A DNA stretch of 64,000 nt from Lepidodermella squamata (taxonomy: Eukaryota; Animalia; Gastrotricha). The notes beneath the pieces were generated by a model. That model was not told where the DNA came from and ran no database searches. It saw only the letters and a list, made by a program, of their open reading frames with translations. This document shows positions 21,354 to 34,400 of this stretch, piece by piece. The position numbers and the translations under genes are program-made. The stretch spans positions 2,976,001-3,040,000 of the forward strand of contig JBLDXI010000019.1 in NCBI GenBank assembly GCA_047495785.1, in the 5' to 3' direction. Position 1 is the stretch's first letter. Each line of letters starts with the position of its first letter.

Positions 21354-22092
21354 AACGAAATTTAAAAGTTAGAAAAATTCTAGTTAACACGAAGTTTTAA
21401 ACTGAAAAGCGAATATATGTAAGTGAGGCAGCAACGACTTCTCGTAATTGACTCGCTTATTCATCGCTTACTCGTATCGCAAGTAGCTGCCTAATGCGTT
21501 TACGTCAGCCGAAAAAACCAGCATGAATGACACCTGATCCAACAATATGATTACGATATCGGGCTCAATTACAAGCCTACAGCGATAAAATGAAAGGCGG
21601 AAACACAGAAAAATGGTAAATGGAATAGCGAAATTGAAAGCTAACGCATAACGGAACATGACGCCATAGAGAAATTGAGACCATTTTCTCTATGGCAAAA
21701 CTCCGGCGCACAACTCTGACGATCGTGTGGCCGGTGACCGGTGACCGGTCCTCACGCGGTAATCTTGGTTGGCCAGGCTTCGCCAATACGGCTCATCCCA
21801 GGGGCAAAAAGCGAGACGGATTGACTTGGTGGATGTTGAGACGGCACCAACGCAGTCACCTCGTTGAAATCCAAACATCGACCGTCCGAACGGACAATTG
21901 TGATATGCCCATTTTTTCCTTCATCTTTGCTCGATAAAGATCGGATGAAAATACAGGGTGCCCACATCCTGCTTGGCGACAAGCCCATTTGTGCGTTACG
22001 TGTCTATGGCTAAGAAGTTTGTTACGGTACAGAACGACTAAGCAGCGGAAAATGAAGAAGAAGGCGATGAGGAAGAAGAAGCGCAATCAGCA

Positions 22093-22308
22093 ATGATCTG
22101 CACAGGGTGGGGCAGCAACACCCAGATGTCGACGGTGCCTCCAGGCGTCCCTGAATCTGGGTCAAAAGCAGATGTCCTGGAATCGGGGACTAAATCTTAT
22201 ATCCCCGAACCAGGACAGAAGACAAGGTCAAAAACGTGCCACGAGTGCGGCAGGGCGGACCATATGGCCAGGCAGTGTGCGAAGCATGGAGCAAAACTAG
22301 CTCTATGA
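22093..22308 (+). pseudogene. Gag-like zinc-knuckle relic
   Basis: CHECGRADHMARQC = CX2CX4HX4C; no surrounding long ORF. Confidence 0.55.
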
Positions 22309-22435
22309 TGTTGATCAAAATGAGGAGAAAAAATGTTCGAAATCAAATTTGCAGTCGGGTCGAAAACAAAATCAATTAGCTAAGAAAATAAGGGTGCGTA
22401 AAAATAGGAAACATCGTAAATCAAATTGTGATTTG

Positions 22436-22655
22436 AACGCTGAGTTCAAGCGGGTTTGGCGGACCGCTCTGTTTAAAGCAGCCCCCTATTAGGATGGAAT
22501 GCATAATTTCGGGTCATAATTGGCCTGATTAGATGCGCCACACCTTGCCGCACTTGGCACTCAAGTGGCACACTTCGATGGTATCCATGACAAGGATATA
22601 AGGGATGATTAGTGTGGTCCGCCAAGAAATAATGGTCCGTTGAACTCAGCGACGT
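22436..22655. mobile_element. Non-autonomous DNA transposon copy (related to 37487-37926)
   Basis: ~140 nt near-identical in inverted orientation to ~37533-37676; shared end TGGTCCGTTGAACTCAGCGACG-TA. Confidence 0.65.
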
Positions 22656-22707
22656 AATGACAAGGAATTCTTGGAATTTACGCGGGGTACTCAAAATTTT
22701 AGCACAG

Positions 22708-22944
22708 CCCAGTCGAAAAAAAGTAGACCATGGTTCGGTCTAAATTTGACACTGGGGTAGATCGTAAGGGTTCGACCCTACGTAGATCGAATGGTAAAAT
22801 TAGGACCTACACAGGATCGATGCCTGTAGATCCAGTTTAATAGATCGACAATAGGTCGGAAAAACAACAATTTTGGACGGATATTTTGCCTTTTGGATCT
22901 ACGTACGATCTACTGAGCTCTCGGTCTACTGATTTTCGTCTGGG
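22708..22944. mobile_element. MITE with CCCAG...CTGGG termini and a 2-bp AG flanking duplication (EnSpm/CMC-like)
   Basis: CCCAGTCGAAAAAAAGTAGACC / GGTCTACTGATTTTCGTCTGGG; internal TAGATC repeats. Confidence 0.55.
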
Positions 22945-23116
22945 AGGAAAAGATAAAACATGGACTACTTCGTATTTTCAGGCAAGCGCGCCCTTCGAAT
23001 TCAGTAACAAATAGACCACGGGACATTGAAATGGAACTGAACTACCTAATATGACGAGATTCTGAACGGACAATTGTGATAATATGCCTACTTTTTTCCT
23101 CGAACTTCCCACTTCC

Positions 23117-23288
23117 CATTTTTTGTAAATTTCATGAATTCGATCATCATCAGTTGAATGGCCAACTTTCCCACAATAATTTTTGTTTAAATTCCCAATT
23201 TCCAATAATTTTATTTCGAACAAAAATTATTGTGGAAAATACGGCATTCAACTGATGATGATCGAATTCATGAAATTTACAAAAAATG
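23117..23288. repeat. Inverted repeat (hairpin) with ~45-nt near-perfect arms
   Basis: CATTTTTTGTAAATTTCATGAATTCGATCATCATCAGTTGAATG and its reverse complement. Confidence 0.8.
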
Positions 23289-23493
23289 AGGCTTTTTGAG
23301 AAACCTTGTGATTTTTTTCCCAATAATTTTTGCGTAGAAAATCATTTCAAAATTATAGCAATGAACTACTTCATTCTTTAGCATTAAAAACAAAAATAGA
23401 GTCTATTGGACCTTTTTTCCCTACTCACTTTGACTATTTTTGAGCATTTTTCCATTGTTGCGTAATCAATTTTTCCTTCTCTATTTAATTCAG

Positions 23494-24858
23494 ATGTGGC
23501 GTGAATGGTTCTTTGAACATCTTGTTCCTGCCGTGAAGGAACAGGCAGCAAAAGATGGCTGACCAGCTAGTGCCTTGCTAATCGTGGACAACTTATCAGG
23601 CCATGAGGCTCACGCCACCCCCGACGGCATGATTCGATGCATATTTTTACCGGCTAACGTGACTTCCGTTGCTCAACCACTCGATGGCGGCGGCATCGTG
23701 AAATTTAAATGCGATTACCGTCGATTTTGGCTGGTGACGAAGCCGATTTCCCTCACTTTTGGGATCGGCTGGAAAACTTCAATCTCTACGACGCAGCATT
23801 GTTGATTGGACGCGCTTTTGAAATATTTCGGCAGTCGAATGCCAATCGCAAATGCTGGGATAAGACCCTCGGCGAAGCTCTACCTCCCGGTTATTTCGGC
23901 GATTAAACGCAGGCTGAGAACATTACCTTCGATTTTCAAGACGATGGTGATACCATCAATCCTGTCGATTCGCCAATTGGTTAGCAAAATTTTCCTGATG
24001 TGTGACAGCAATGCTGCAACTGATGCATGGCTTAATGCTGATGTCGAGATCGCACTCGATGATTGCCTTGACGACGAGCATGTTTGAAGTAAATTGAAAT
24101 AATTAGATTCCAGGTTCTGTTTTTATTAATTGGTAATGTGGCATGACACCAGCAAATTAGTCTTTTGCAGCATTTCCAGCTTATTCCAAAATTTAAATGT
24201 AAATTAAGTTAAAGTCAGCTTTAATCATCAAGGAACGTTTGAACAACTCAGTTCATTAACATATTCAAATGGCAGACCGAATAGCCCCTCAAATTCCCTT
24301 TTTGATGGGGCTATTCGGACGCAATTAATTTGACAAAAGTATGAGTCGGATCGGGGCGTTTTCAATTTTCATGGGTGCGTCTGTAGATTCAGGAAAAATT
24401 GGGCACAGGCCCAGCAAAATTCACTTCCGGTCCAGGTAATTCAACGCAGAACAGTGCTTAAACTGAGTTAAACTTACACCTGAAAGGTAAGCCCATATCT
24501 TCACAACCACTTACTCTCAGGTCTTGACATTTTTACGGCATGTGGGTCGTCTTTCCACCTAACTCCGTGCAAAATTTCATTGCCAACGGCCGGGTAACAA
24601 CGAACCGATGACCTGCTGATAATCTCACCATCGACAAGTATGACGACAAACCATTCGGCCACACGTCCTAGCTTATTTTCAATTATTAAGATGTCTATAT
24701 ATGTGTCAAAAATAGCCCCACACCTGTCCGAATAGCCCCATCCACGGGGCTATTCGGAATCCGGGTGCCATTCGAATCAGGACCCTTGGAAACGTGTAAA
24801 AACGCAAAAAAACACAGGGGGTCATTTTTAACGCCAACCGAGTAACCCCAAATGACGG
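23494..24858 (+). mobile_element. Decayed pogo/Tigger-type transposon: DDE_1 transposase fragment (23494-24087) plus right end
   Basis: WREWFFEHLVP...*...LLIVDNLSGH...FLPANVTSVAQPLDGGGIVKFKCDYRR with an in-frame stop and frameshifts. End CCCCAAATGACGG-TA and a subterminal block are shared with 39425-40468. Confidence 0.75.
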
Positions 24859-24927
24859 TATTCAACTTTTGCTTTATTACGCCATAACTCTTCCGGAACG
24901 CAGGACTTTCCAGATGTCATAATTTAA

Positions 24928-25110
24928 GGAGATGGCTATGTGAACACAGGATTGTGTATTACCTATTGGCTATCACATTACGTACACATTGTGTGTGCGT
25001 GATCGGCTTCTTGAACACAGCGCGCGCTTAAATTTGGCTGTGTGTTACGCACATTTTGTACGCATAGCCATTGGGCGATACACTTTTTCTGTGTTCACAT
25101 AGCCACATCC
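24928..25110. mobile_element. MITE
   Basis: TIRs GGAGATGGCTATGTGAACACAG / CTGTGTTCACATAGCCACATCC. Confidence 0.65.
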
Positions 25111-25201
25111 ATAATTTAATGTTTCTGAAGCAAATCTCTCCGCATCTCATCCATCAACAGTTCATATGTCATTCAGTAATTGAATCTCCCCCGAACTCGT
25201 A

Positions 25202-25490
25202 TCAGATACGTCTGCAGGAAGCGTAAAACTCGCCTTTTCTCCATTTACCAGGTTTGCCAGTATAGGTTGAACACTTGCTCCCAATCTCAACGCAACCGAT
25301 ACCACGAGCGTTCATCCAATTCCGGGCGCAAGCGACTCTTCCCGCCTCTACCTGCTGTTCAAACGGCAGGCCTTCAGCCAAGAAAAATAGAGCGAGAGCG
25401 GCCTGTTCGAAAAGAATTATATGAATATAATTGATAGAGCAAATTGTGCAGCCTCACCATAATGCCGATAAACAATGCAAGCTTCGCCAT
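25202..25490 (-). CDS. Small secreted 4-Cys peptide, family A (77 aa; intron 25403-25457)
   Basis: MAKLALFIGIM/AALALFFLAEGLPFEQQVEAGRVACARNWMNARGIGCVEIGSKCSTYTGKPGKWRKGEFYASCRRI*. Confidence 0.82.
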
Positions 25491-26246
25491 GATGAAATTT
25501 GAAAGTTTGAAAAATAATTGTTCTCACGAAGTTTTAAAGAAGAATAATGAACTGAGGCAGCTTCAGCTTCTCGAAATCGACTCAGTTATTCATCGACTGC
25601 TGAATATACAGTCGTATCGCAAACGCGCTAGCGTTTCGGTAATTTGACTCGCTATTTGACGGTAATGTCATCTCGCCAATGTTTTCAAGTGTATTTTACC
25701 GATAACGGAAAGGCGGTAAATTTTACCGCAGCGCCGCAAAGAATAAAAATGAACACCGCTATTTATCGGCTAATTCATCGGTGTACTGGATATATACACT
25801 CTAATCTCGAGTAGCTGTCAAGTTTTGGCGTCAGCCAAAAACACCAGCATGAATGACACCTGATCCAACAATGATGACGATAGCGAGCGAAATATGGCAA
25901 TAACAAACTTACAGCGATAAAATGACAACGCTAACGTTCAGGTATAACTCTCCATTTGGCGGTAATTATTTTATCGCAGCACGCAAACAAGGTTACCTTA
26001 ATGCTTGTGCGGTAAAACTAGCGCCGTAGCGTTAGTAAATTTTACCGCACACCGCGTTAGTTTTAGCGTAGAGAACTCGCGGCAGTACCTATTTAACGCA
26101 AGATTTTGTCTTCTCACGCTTTCTGAGGCTGACACAGCGAGCGCAAGAAAAATGCTGCTTATGAGCCATGGCGGAATACCGCGCGCACACCATGGTAACG
26201 CGTCATTTTGTAAAACCTTCGTTTTTTATTTGTTAATACTTGATTG

Positions 26247-26312
26247 TACTACTGCGATATCGAGCTAAATTGAAATTTCAAGAATAAATTTTAGCTCGAT
26301 ATCGCAGTAGTA
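26247..26312. repeat. Short perfect hairpin/mini-MITE
   Basis: TACTACTGCGATATCGAGCTAAA ... TTTAGCTCGATATCGCAGTAGTA. Confidence 0.75.
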
Positions 26313-26966
26313 AAAATAGTAATAAAATCTTTAAAAACCGGTATTAAAAGACTTGCTGTAGTGATCTCGACGTAGTATTCAAACAGTTGTTAAGGTGTTT
26401 AATGCTTATTAACCTTAAGTTTGTCGGTTGTGTAACACTTGCTGTTATTTTGCGCATATTATACCTGGTACAGGATGTTCCTTTCGAAACCGAACATCCT
26501 GCCGTAGTCGCGAAAAAAAATCTGCCGGTTAATTTGAGAATTTACTAAAAAAATTTTAAACACTTTTAATACATGTAATTATTTTTAATTTTATTTTCAA
26601 TTGCAAAATGCGCTTGAATGTTAGCGCGCGTTACCACGTCGACGCGTTGGTTTTCATATTGTAGCCGTTTAAAAGCCTGAAATCAGGGTTTTCTAACCCA
26701 CTTCTTAAGATAGTCAGCATGCACGCAGCTCCATGCCTGACAATTTCAAGTCAGTAAAGCGAGCTGAATGCAATAGCCGCGTCCTTTTTTCCTAATCTAT
26801 CTCAGTTTTCGCAATGTGATATACCTAAAATCGGTAAAAAGAGCCTTAAATTGCGCCTTCTTGCCGTTGAAATTCACCGCTGGGATCAAAAAGACATCGG
26901 TGTAATGTGATTTTCTGCTGTCATTGAGGATTCTATAATGGTATATCAAACGGTCCTGATAAATTA

Positions 26967-27525
26967 CAGTACGACCTCCATAAATGCAAAGGGTCGGGAG
27001 ACAAGCGTTTGCACTTACGGAGGGTTGCATTTATGGAGGGCTGTTAAAGAGCTAGCGATGAATCATAAGTGCGTCGCCAAGTTTTTTTCTTAGTTGCTAA
27101 GGCGACGATGATTTTAGTGGTTAGCCATGTTTTAAGATAAGCCGGAACGAATTCAGTAAAATTCATTGATTTGAATGGGTTGTAGTATTTGTAAAAGAAA
27201 AAACTTGAAAATCGCGTGCGCACGATTTTTTTAGTCGCAATCTCAATGAGCTTAAAAAAAAACGGTCTGTAAAGATCGAGATGTTGGGTGTTGGGTGAGA
27301 TACCACCGCGTGGCCGCAAAATTAGAAAGCTGGAAATCCGGCCACAGGGCTGGAATTTTGTTGCTAACGACGCCTGTTTTTTCACCGTAAATAAATTTTC
27401 TGGAACTATAATTTTTAATTTGATGAAAAATAATTTTTCAACAAATAAAATTGACGGGAGACAAAATTGCTTGCAAATACGGAGGTTTTCTTTTTATGGA
27501 GGTTGCATTTATGGAGGTAGCACTG
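26967..27525. mobile_element. Tc1/mariner-type MITE
   Basis: TA|CAGTACGACCTCCATAAATGCAA ... TTGCATTTATGGAGGTAGCACTG|TA. Confidence 0.75.
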
Positions 27526-29048
27526 TAGTGCTCAAGTTTGAGTCCGCGGATCAGAGAAACGCACCCTTGCCAAAGTGCAATGCAAGAAACTGTTTCACGT
27601 TAAAAAGGGTGGTGGCATTATATAAATTGATGGAAAGACGGGTAACAAAGTGTCGCGATTACATCTATACATGCCATGTGGCTGTTGCTGATCTGAGTGA
27701 GACATTTGCTCCTTCTTCATAATCAATAATTCCACAGTCTGGTGTTGCTAATACCAAGTCATCCGCATCGATGCCGTAGTCCCCTATTCCCAATTGATCA
27801 AAGCGGTTATATCGAGCATTTTCTCTCAAAACAATTTTTCTCACGTAGCCTAACGATACAATAACAAGGCAAGGTGAACAGAGATTTGACTGAATATTGT
27901 AGTTTAGCCGCTAAACTTCTGTCGCTCATAGTTCACGCTCTGCCACTCGTAACGTCGCCATGTTAAACTTCCTTACTAAGGATAGTGGTTCATAGGCCTT
28001 TTACATAACCCTGGCTAATACTAAGCATAACCCTGGAAACTCCATGATTAGTAAGGACTGCCTTCCTAAGGATGCTAACTATGGACTTCATGCCGCGCCA
28101 GTTAAGGTGCACAGCTCTATCTGAGATCAGCTCCTTAGATCTTAGACTTTGAGGCGGCGAATTCTGAGTAGGGATCGTCTCGGTAAGCCCATCTACCCCT
28201 ACTAAGCGGACCAGTGACACTGCATCCTTACTAAAAGCTAAGGAAAAGCTAAGCACACTTAGCAAGTAACGCATAACAAAGACGAGCGTCTCCATAGAGA
28301 CGAACAAGGACGAACTGAGCGGCATTCGCGACATAACGGTTCCATAAACCTCGGTAAGTTCGGGAAACGGCAACGAGACTACAACTCCGACACGCGGACC
28401 CGGTCGTCCCGACGAATGTTGAGAACTGCACGAAGGCTAAGATCTTTAAGATTTTTAGATTAAGAATCGATTTTAATGCCAGAAAGTAGTTGCTTTGGGA
28501 ATTGCCATTCCTTAAAAGTTGCAGTGTTTGTTTAGAAGTTATAGTTCACACTTTGATCCAACAATATTATGATGACGATACCGGGCGATAAAACGAAAAG
28601 CGACAATGAAGAAATGGAGAATGGAGCAAGCAATCTTTTTTCAAAACATTTTTCAAGTGTTTTTGCTGCAGCAGTTTACCACAATTAAATTTACCACGAA
28701 TGGATTGGACTTTTAAGTGGTCACACAATGACTAGGTACATCTAATAGGTCGGCATGTGAAAAATCAAACGCATTTTGACATGGCACATTTACCAGAATT
28801 ACCGAAACTGTTGTAATCAGTTTTTTCTGCAATTAATTGGACGTCTTATTAGTAATAGCGCTGATACTTGGATCAAGCTTGCTTTATTTGGTTTAAACTT
28901 TAAAATAAATTGATGCTTTTATGCTACAATGCTACTACAATTTTTTTATGCTAACAAAAATATGTTCGTTCCTTGAAGCATTTATAAGTTTTTATTTCAT
29001 AATTGATTGCGATAATCACCGAATTCCCAACAGAAAACAAGATTCCGC

Positions 29049-30681
29049 TCATGCGCAGTTACAATCAGGATTCGGAATAAAAGTTTTGCCTGGTTCGCAT
29101 CTGTTCCAAACGTGGAAAGTGCCATAGAAGTCGTAGTACAGCGTCGGATCTTCTGTCTTGTAATATCGCGTAACCGCGTTGCCAAAACGATTTTTCGTAG
29201 CACATGACAGAGTCAAGCCGGGTATCGTAACTCGAGTACAAGCTCCGCATTTAGTGCTAGGGCTATATCCCCAACCAGCCGCATCAGAGCAGACACCAGT
29301 GGCGTAGCAACCAACCGGCTTCTCGATAATCACAACATATCCGCGGTACAGCGACGGGTAGTTTGACGCACCCGAGGCTAAACAAGGCGCTGCCAAGTTA
29401 GTGTCCAGCGGTGCGAATCCTAACTCGCCAGCCGCTTCGTTGCATGAACAAGCGCATTTATCCATCGAAAAGCTGGTCGAACACGTGAATTTCGTCGAGG
29501 CGTAGTAACAGCCACGACTATCAGCCACGTAGTAGGAATTGCCATCGGATGATGCGATTCGCTTCTCGTTATTGCGCTGCTTCAAAACGCACTCGCCTCG
29601 GGTCGCGTCCGAAGGAGGTGAAGGGCAGTTGCAAGGGCAGCGAGTTGGCGGATCGTTCTGGGTGCAGGTTCCAACTTTCTCCTCAGAGCAGACGCAGCCA
29701 CAAGCACTTTGCGAGTATACATACCCAGAATCGCAAGTGATGTAAGAAGGCGGGGAGTTCTTGTATTCGTCAAAGCAGCCCAACGCATCGGCGACGTAGT
29801 AACTTTTGGTGAAAGATCCGAGGCGAGTCTCGCCGGACGACGTAGTACAAGGGCTGAAGCCGTCTGTGCCTTGTAGGCGTTTCGTGCTGCAAACGCAATC
29901 GCAGACATCAACGCTGGAACTAAATTCCTTAATTCCGGGGCACGATACCGATTTCGTGAGGCCGAAACAGCCGTTTGAATCTGCAACGTAATAACTGTCG
30001 AATTCGCCGGCCTGTAAACGGTATTCTGATCCTTTGAAGAGGCAAGGCGTCTTATCGCCAGATACATCTGGCCCAGGTGGGCATTTGCACGAGCATTCGC
30101 CTGGCCCAGGTGCAGGATCTCCAGCTTTGCATTCAATTATCGGGCACACGCATTCGCAATCGCTTTGGCTGAAGACCTTGCCTTTGCCACATTGAACAGG
30201 CGATGTGAGACCGAAACAGCCGTTTCTATCTTCTGGATAGTAGCTATTCCCAGCCCCAAGCCGCTGTGCAGTTTGCCCAGCCGGCATGCAGGTCGGCGAG
30301 TTGTTTGGCCTACTCGGGCATCGACAAGGGCAAGTCGGCCGAGTTTCTGGTTCGAGATGTTCTGCGAGACAAGTAGCGCTGCCCGAGCACTCGCAGTCGC
30401 AGTTTGTCGAGTTGAAAAATCCGTAGAAATCGCACTCTGTAACTGAGCATTGTTCAGTTGTAGTTAGCGTGTAGTATCGGCCTGGCTTTGATTTGCTTGC
30501 GAAGCGATGATTGCCGTTGTAGCGGCACCATTGCTTGAAGTTCGAAGCGTCGTTGAAGTCGCTACCACAGCCGTTAAGCAGCACATCGGTCGCAGTGATC
30601 ACTTCAAAAAATGATTTTTATTTAAATGTGAGCTAATGAGTCAGTAAATTTACCGTGAATAAGGAAGACCAGCCTTATCAT
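29049..30681 (-). CDS. Secreted cysteine-rich repeat protein (~526 aa; intron 30602-30653), peritrophin/chitin-binding-like repeats
   Basis: Exon 1 MIRLVFLIH joins the 517-aa ORF in phase; 4-5 repeats of C..RL(G)..SYY..D..GC(F/Y)..C..G..(F/Y)S..C.C.C separated by CPCxCP linkers. Confidence 0.75.
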
Positions 30682-30989
30682 TTTTATTTGAAAATAAACC
30701 GAATGGGTGAAAAAATACCTCACATTTTATAAGATCGTCCGAATAATTTGTTTGAGCACGCTCGTGATGAAACCACGCGTTTCACGCAATAAAAAAATCG
30801 CCCCACCTCAAATAGTAAAAAAATAAGCAAGCAATAGTATCAGTTGGTTTTGGAATCTAACTAATTATTGCCAATTTATCTCGAAAACCTGGTTTAACCT
30901 AGTATAATAAGGGATAATGCGATTTAAATGGTAAAATATGACTTTGAGAACCCAACCCCGAAGAAGGTCATCCAGAGCAAACCTTGATA

Positions 30990-31163
30990 CAGTGGAACCG
31001 CGATTTCCCGTCACCTGATTTTCCGTCTGACGGGAAATCGCGATATGTAAATTATATTTAGGAGCGACTTGGACCCGCAGAGGGCAATTAAAGGCAAAAC
31101 TACCTGGATTTCCCGCCAGGATTTTTGTGGAACCGTAGATGACGGGAAATCGGGGTTCCACTG
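30990..31163. mobile_element. Tc1/mariner-type MITE
   Basis: TA|CAGTGGAACCGCGATTTCCCGTCA ... TGACGGGAAATCGGGGTTCCACTG|TA. Confidence 0.8.
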
Positions 31164-31438
31164 TATGAATTTGTGCGAAACTGAGTTTTCAGGCAGTTTG
31201 CAGCTATTTCCAAGATTTATTTTTTATTTCGAATCAATTTCGCTCAATGTTGTGAAGATTCAAATCTGAACACCGAAATTTGACAGCTCTTCAAACGGTA
31301 CGGCTGGATAATCGCAAATTAAATAATTATTAGCAATATTTGTACATTTTTCGATTTATTTTTCATTAAGACAAATTGCATAAATTGCGAAAATATTTTC
31401 GTTGCATCGCTTCAGTTGTAAATATCCTTCGATTGGAG

Positions 31439-34400
31439 TTACTTTTTGCCACTGGTAAAGTAGTACTGTTCAGGGAAAAGCGGCATACGGCACGCCATTT
31501 CAATGCCGCAGTGATTCTTGCCACGTTCGATTCGCATATAGCCTTGTTCGCCCCATCTAGAAAATTATTTGCGAATGAAAAGAAATTTGGAATTTTCAGC
31601 CTTATTACTCACTTGTCACTCCAGGAATTTTTCAGCTTCCAAAATTTCAATCCTAAAAATGAAAATAAAATAAGTATCAAGTTTTCGAAAAAAATTGAAA
31701 ATGATCTCACCTGTTGCTTCATCGGTTCCGTAACCAACAACGAGCATAACGTGGTCCCGTTTTGTGGTATTGGTACATAAATGATCGCCAGTATAGACTC
31801 CACCACCTATAAAATTTTCGAATTTTCAATGTACTAAGTTATTTGCAATAAATCTTAATATTTCATACCATAATGAGCAAAGGAGTCCATAACCGCGAAT
31901 TCGCAAGCAACTGGTCCGTAATCGGCGATGGCTTCCATGATGGCCCTCATGTTTTTCGTGTCCAGCTTGACGTAGTAAGGATACTGCATTTCAAACTCGC
32001 GACGATCTTCACACTGCTCTTTGCACTTCTTCTTTTCAGCGGCAATTCGATAAGGATACGCTTCCTCTGCCATAATATTATAGAAAAATTCAAAATTAAT
32101 CAATAATGTTTTGCAGTTTTAATTTCGAGAATTTCATCCTCGAAAATTTAATAAAACTTATAGAATAAATTCAGAGATTTTTTGAAATTTATTGAAATTT
32201 TTATTACCTGTACAAAGATGGCCAGTCTCAGCGGCGTACTGGAAAATCGAATGAATACGACCACTGACGCATCCTGTAAATTTAGGAAAATAATCATCAA
32301 CTCGGGTTCTCAATTTCAGAAAAAATTGCACCTTTATTGCCGTATTCAAAAGAGCAGTCGAGCGTTTGCTGATCAGAAAACGAGACAACTTCATCGTTCA
32401 AGATCGCGTAATGAGCTTCAAGGGCGGCTGCCAAATGTATAAAAAATCATGAAAATTTGAAAAAATTTATTTAAATTTTTAAGCATTTTTGAAAATTTTT
32501 AAATTGAGATTTGTGCATTTTTTGAATATTCTCAGGGTTTAAAAAAATTCATTACCGATTCCTGCGAATGCATAGCAGCTAGCGCACGATTTTTGCGATT
32601 TAATAGGCGAGATGAAGTTTTTCTTGTGTTTGCCCCGCCGCGTCCAGTCGACAGATTTCGGCAGGCGGATGGCAAAGGTCGGGCGCTGCGGGTCCTTATC
32701 GGCAGTAGGATCCTTGCCTGGCGTCCATTGCAGCAAGTTCTGCGGCGTCAACCGGCGCGGCATCAGCTTGTAATTAACAGCCTGTGGGCTGTCGTCTATC
32801 GCCAAATCGGCAATACCCATCGTTTGCTTGATGTCCTTTAAGGTTTTGCCAGTAAACTGGTTCAAAGCAAGCCTGAAAATATGAAAATTCATATAATTTC
32901 ATGAACGTTTTTTTCAATTTTTGAAATTCAAATTCGAATTTTTGTAATTTTTGAAAATTATTTTTGAAATTTTGAAATTTTTGAAATTTCAATTTAAAAT
33001 TTTTTAAATTCAAACTCGAAAATTTTAATTTATATTCGAAATTTCATCCTAGTTATTGAATCATTTCAAAGCCTCACTAGGGTGCACAAGTGCATAATTT
33101 TTTCAGGTTTTTTTTTTAATTTGTCCGTAATTTTCCATTGATTTTACCTGTAAGTGACCTTTCCCTCTTCGAAAAGCTTGTTGTGGGCGTGAATTCGTGC
33201 CAAATTCCGCTCGAACGTCTTCTGCTCGTGTCGAGTATCCTCCGGCGTGGCCTGCAACAACGCGCCGGCCGCTTTCGTGCTGAACCCGCGCTGCCCAGGC
33301 TGCGCATCGTGCAACCGGCCATGCGTGACGCGCCACAACTTGTACAACCGTTCGATTTCTTCCTTGGACATTTTCGACGGGTCTTTATCGAGTGCGACCT
33401 GGTCGTTGCCGGATTTCGTATTGTCAGACGGACTTGGTGGTTTCGGTCGGCTTGGCCGCTTCTTGCCACGCAAATGTTTCACGCTTGACTTGACTTCGAT
33501 CGATTCGAATTCAACGGTTTCGTTCGCCGATTTTTGGGTTGTTGTCGTCGATGGATCGACTTTTGATTGAGCTGCCATTTTAAGCCGGTTCAGGTTTTGC
33601 TGGGCCGACGGCTTCAGTCGGGCGGTTAGTGGGTACTTCGGAGGTTGATGCATCTTGTTGGATGATTGAAATTTATTGTTACTGTTCGGCGATTTTTTCG
33701 GCTGATTGCCATTCGCCTTTTCAGAGTGCTCGACGTGCTTGACAACCAAATGGCCATGCGGCGGCGGGACATGCGTCGTTACACGTGGCCAGTCTAATTA
33801 TAGAAACACCGAGAATTGATGAAATTCGGAAATTTCTCAAATACAAATAAAAAGGAATAAAATCCGATATTTTCGGCAGAAAGTAGCACTCCCGATCACA
33901 AGACATATTTTCAATATTTTCATAAATTTTCAAAAAAAGTGCGCCAACCGCAAGGAGATCTCTAAATTATAGAGCCTGCTTTCAAATGCTTGAGAATTTT
34001 ATTTGCTAATTAATTTTGAAGTTTTTCTTTGGTTTGAAGTTTTGAATATTTGAAAATGTTTGAAGAATTTTGAAGGATTTTCGAAATTTGAAAATTAAAA
34101 TGAAAAACAAGGATAATTTTAAATTAATACTAATAGATGTTATCCAGCGTATAATGCTGGGCTGGTACTGACGATGGGTATGCTAATATCATTTGATTGC
34201 ACAATTTTAGAAAATCGTTTACAAAAGGGGTTTCCAAAGGCGCAACATCAAATTTGAGTTCCAGCGTGAAATTTGAAGCTTGAGCAATGAATTTTCTAAT
34301 ATCATGGTTTCTGAGTTGCTAGCTCCCATATGAATCACAATGTCTTACCGACCAACGTGACTAAGATAGCAAATATGCCTATTTATTTTGCTATTCAGAG

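Noticed and set aside
27950-28440. 127-aa minus-strand ORF / possible retroelement relic
   Set aside because: No recognisable motif or ATG start; rich in CTAAG/CTTAG words but with no definable unit or ends.
17700-28600. Recurring blocks near 17.75, 18.8, 21.4-21.6, 25.55-25.9 and 28.55 kb as a separate transposon
   Set aside because: They mostly sit at a consistent position upstream of family A genes and are better explained as co-duplicated promoter/flank sequence; no TIRs or TSDs were seen.
29049-31445. Fusion of the papain protease to the Cys-rich ORF
   Set aside because: The protease ends at TAA 31439-31441. The only nearby donor is phase 2 while the acceptor is phase 1, and the Cys-rich gene has its own first exon.
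34131-34182. Extra small exon of the protease gene
   Set aside because: At 52 nt it would break the phase-1/phase-1 join and create a TAA.
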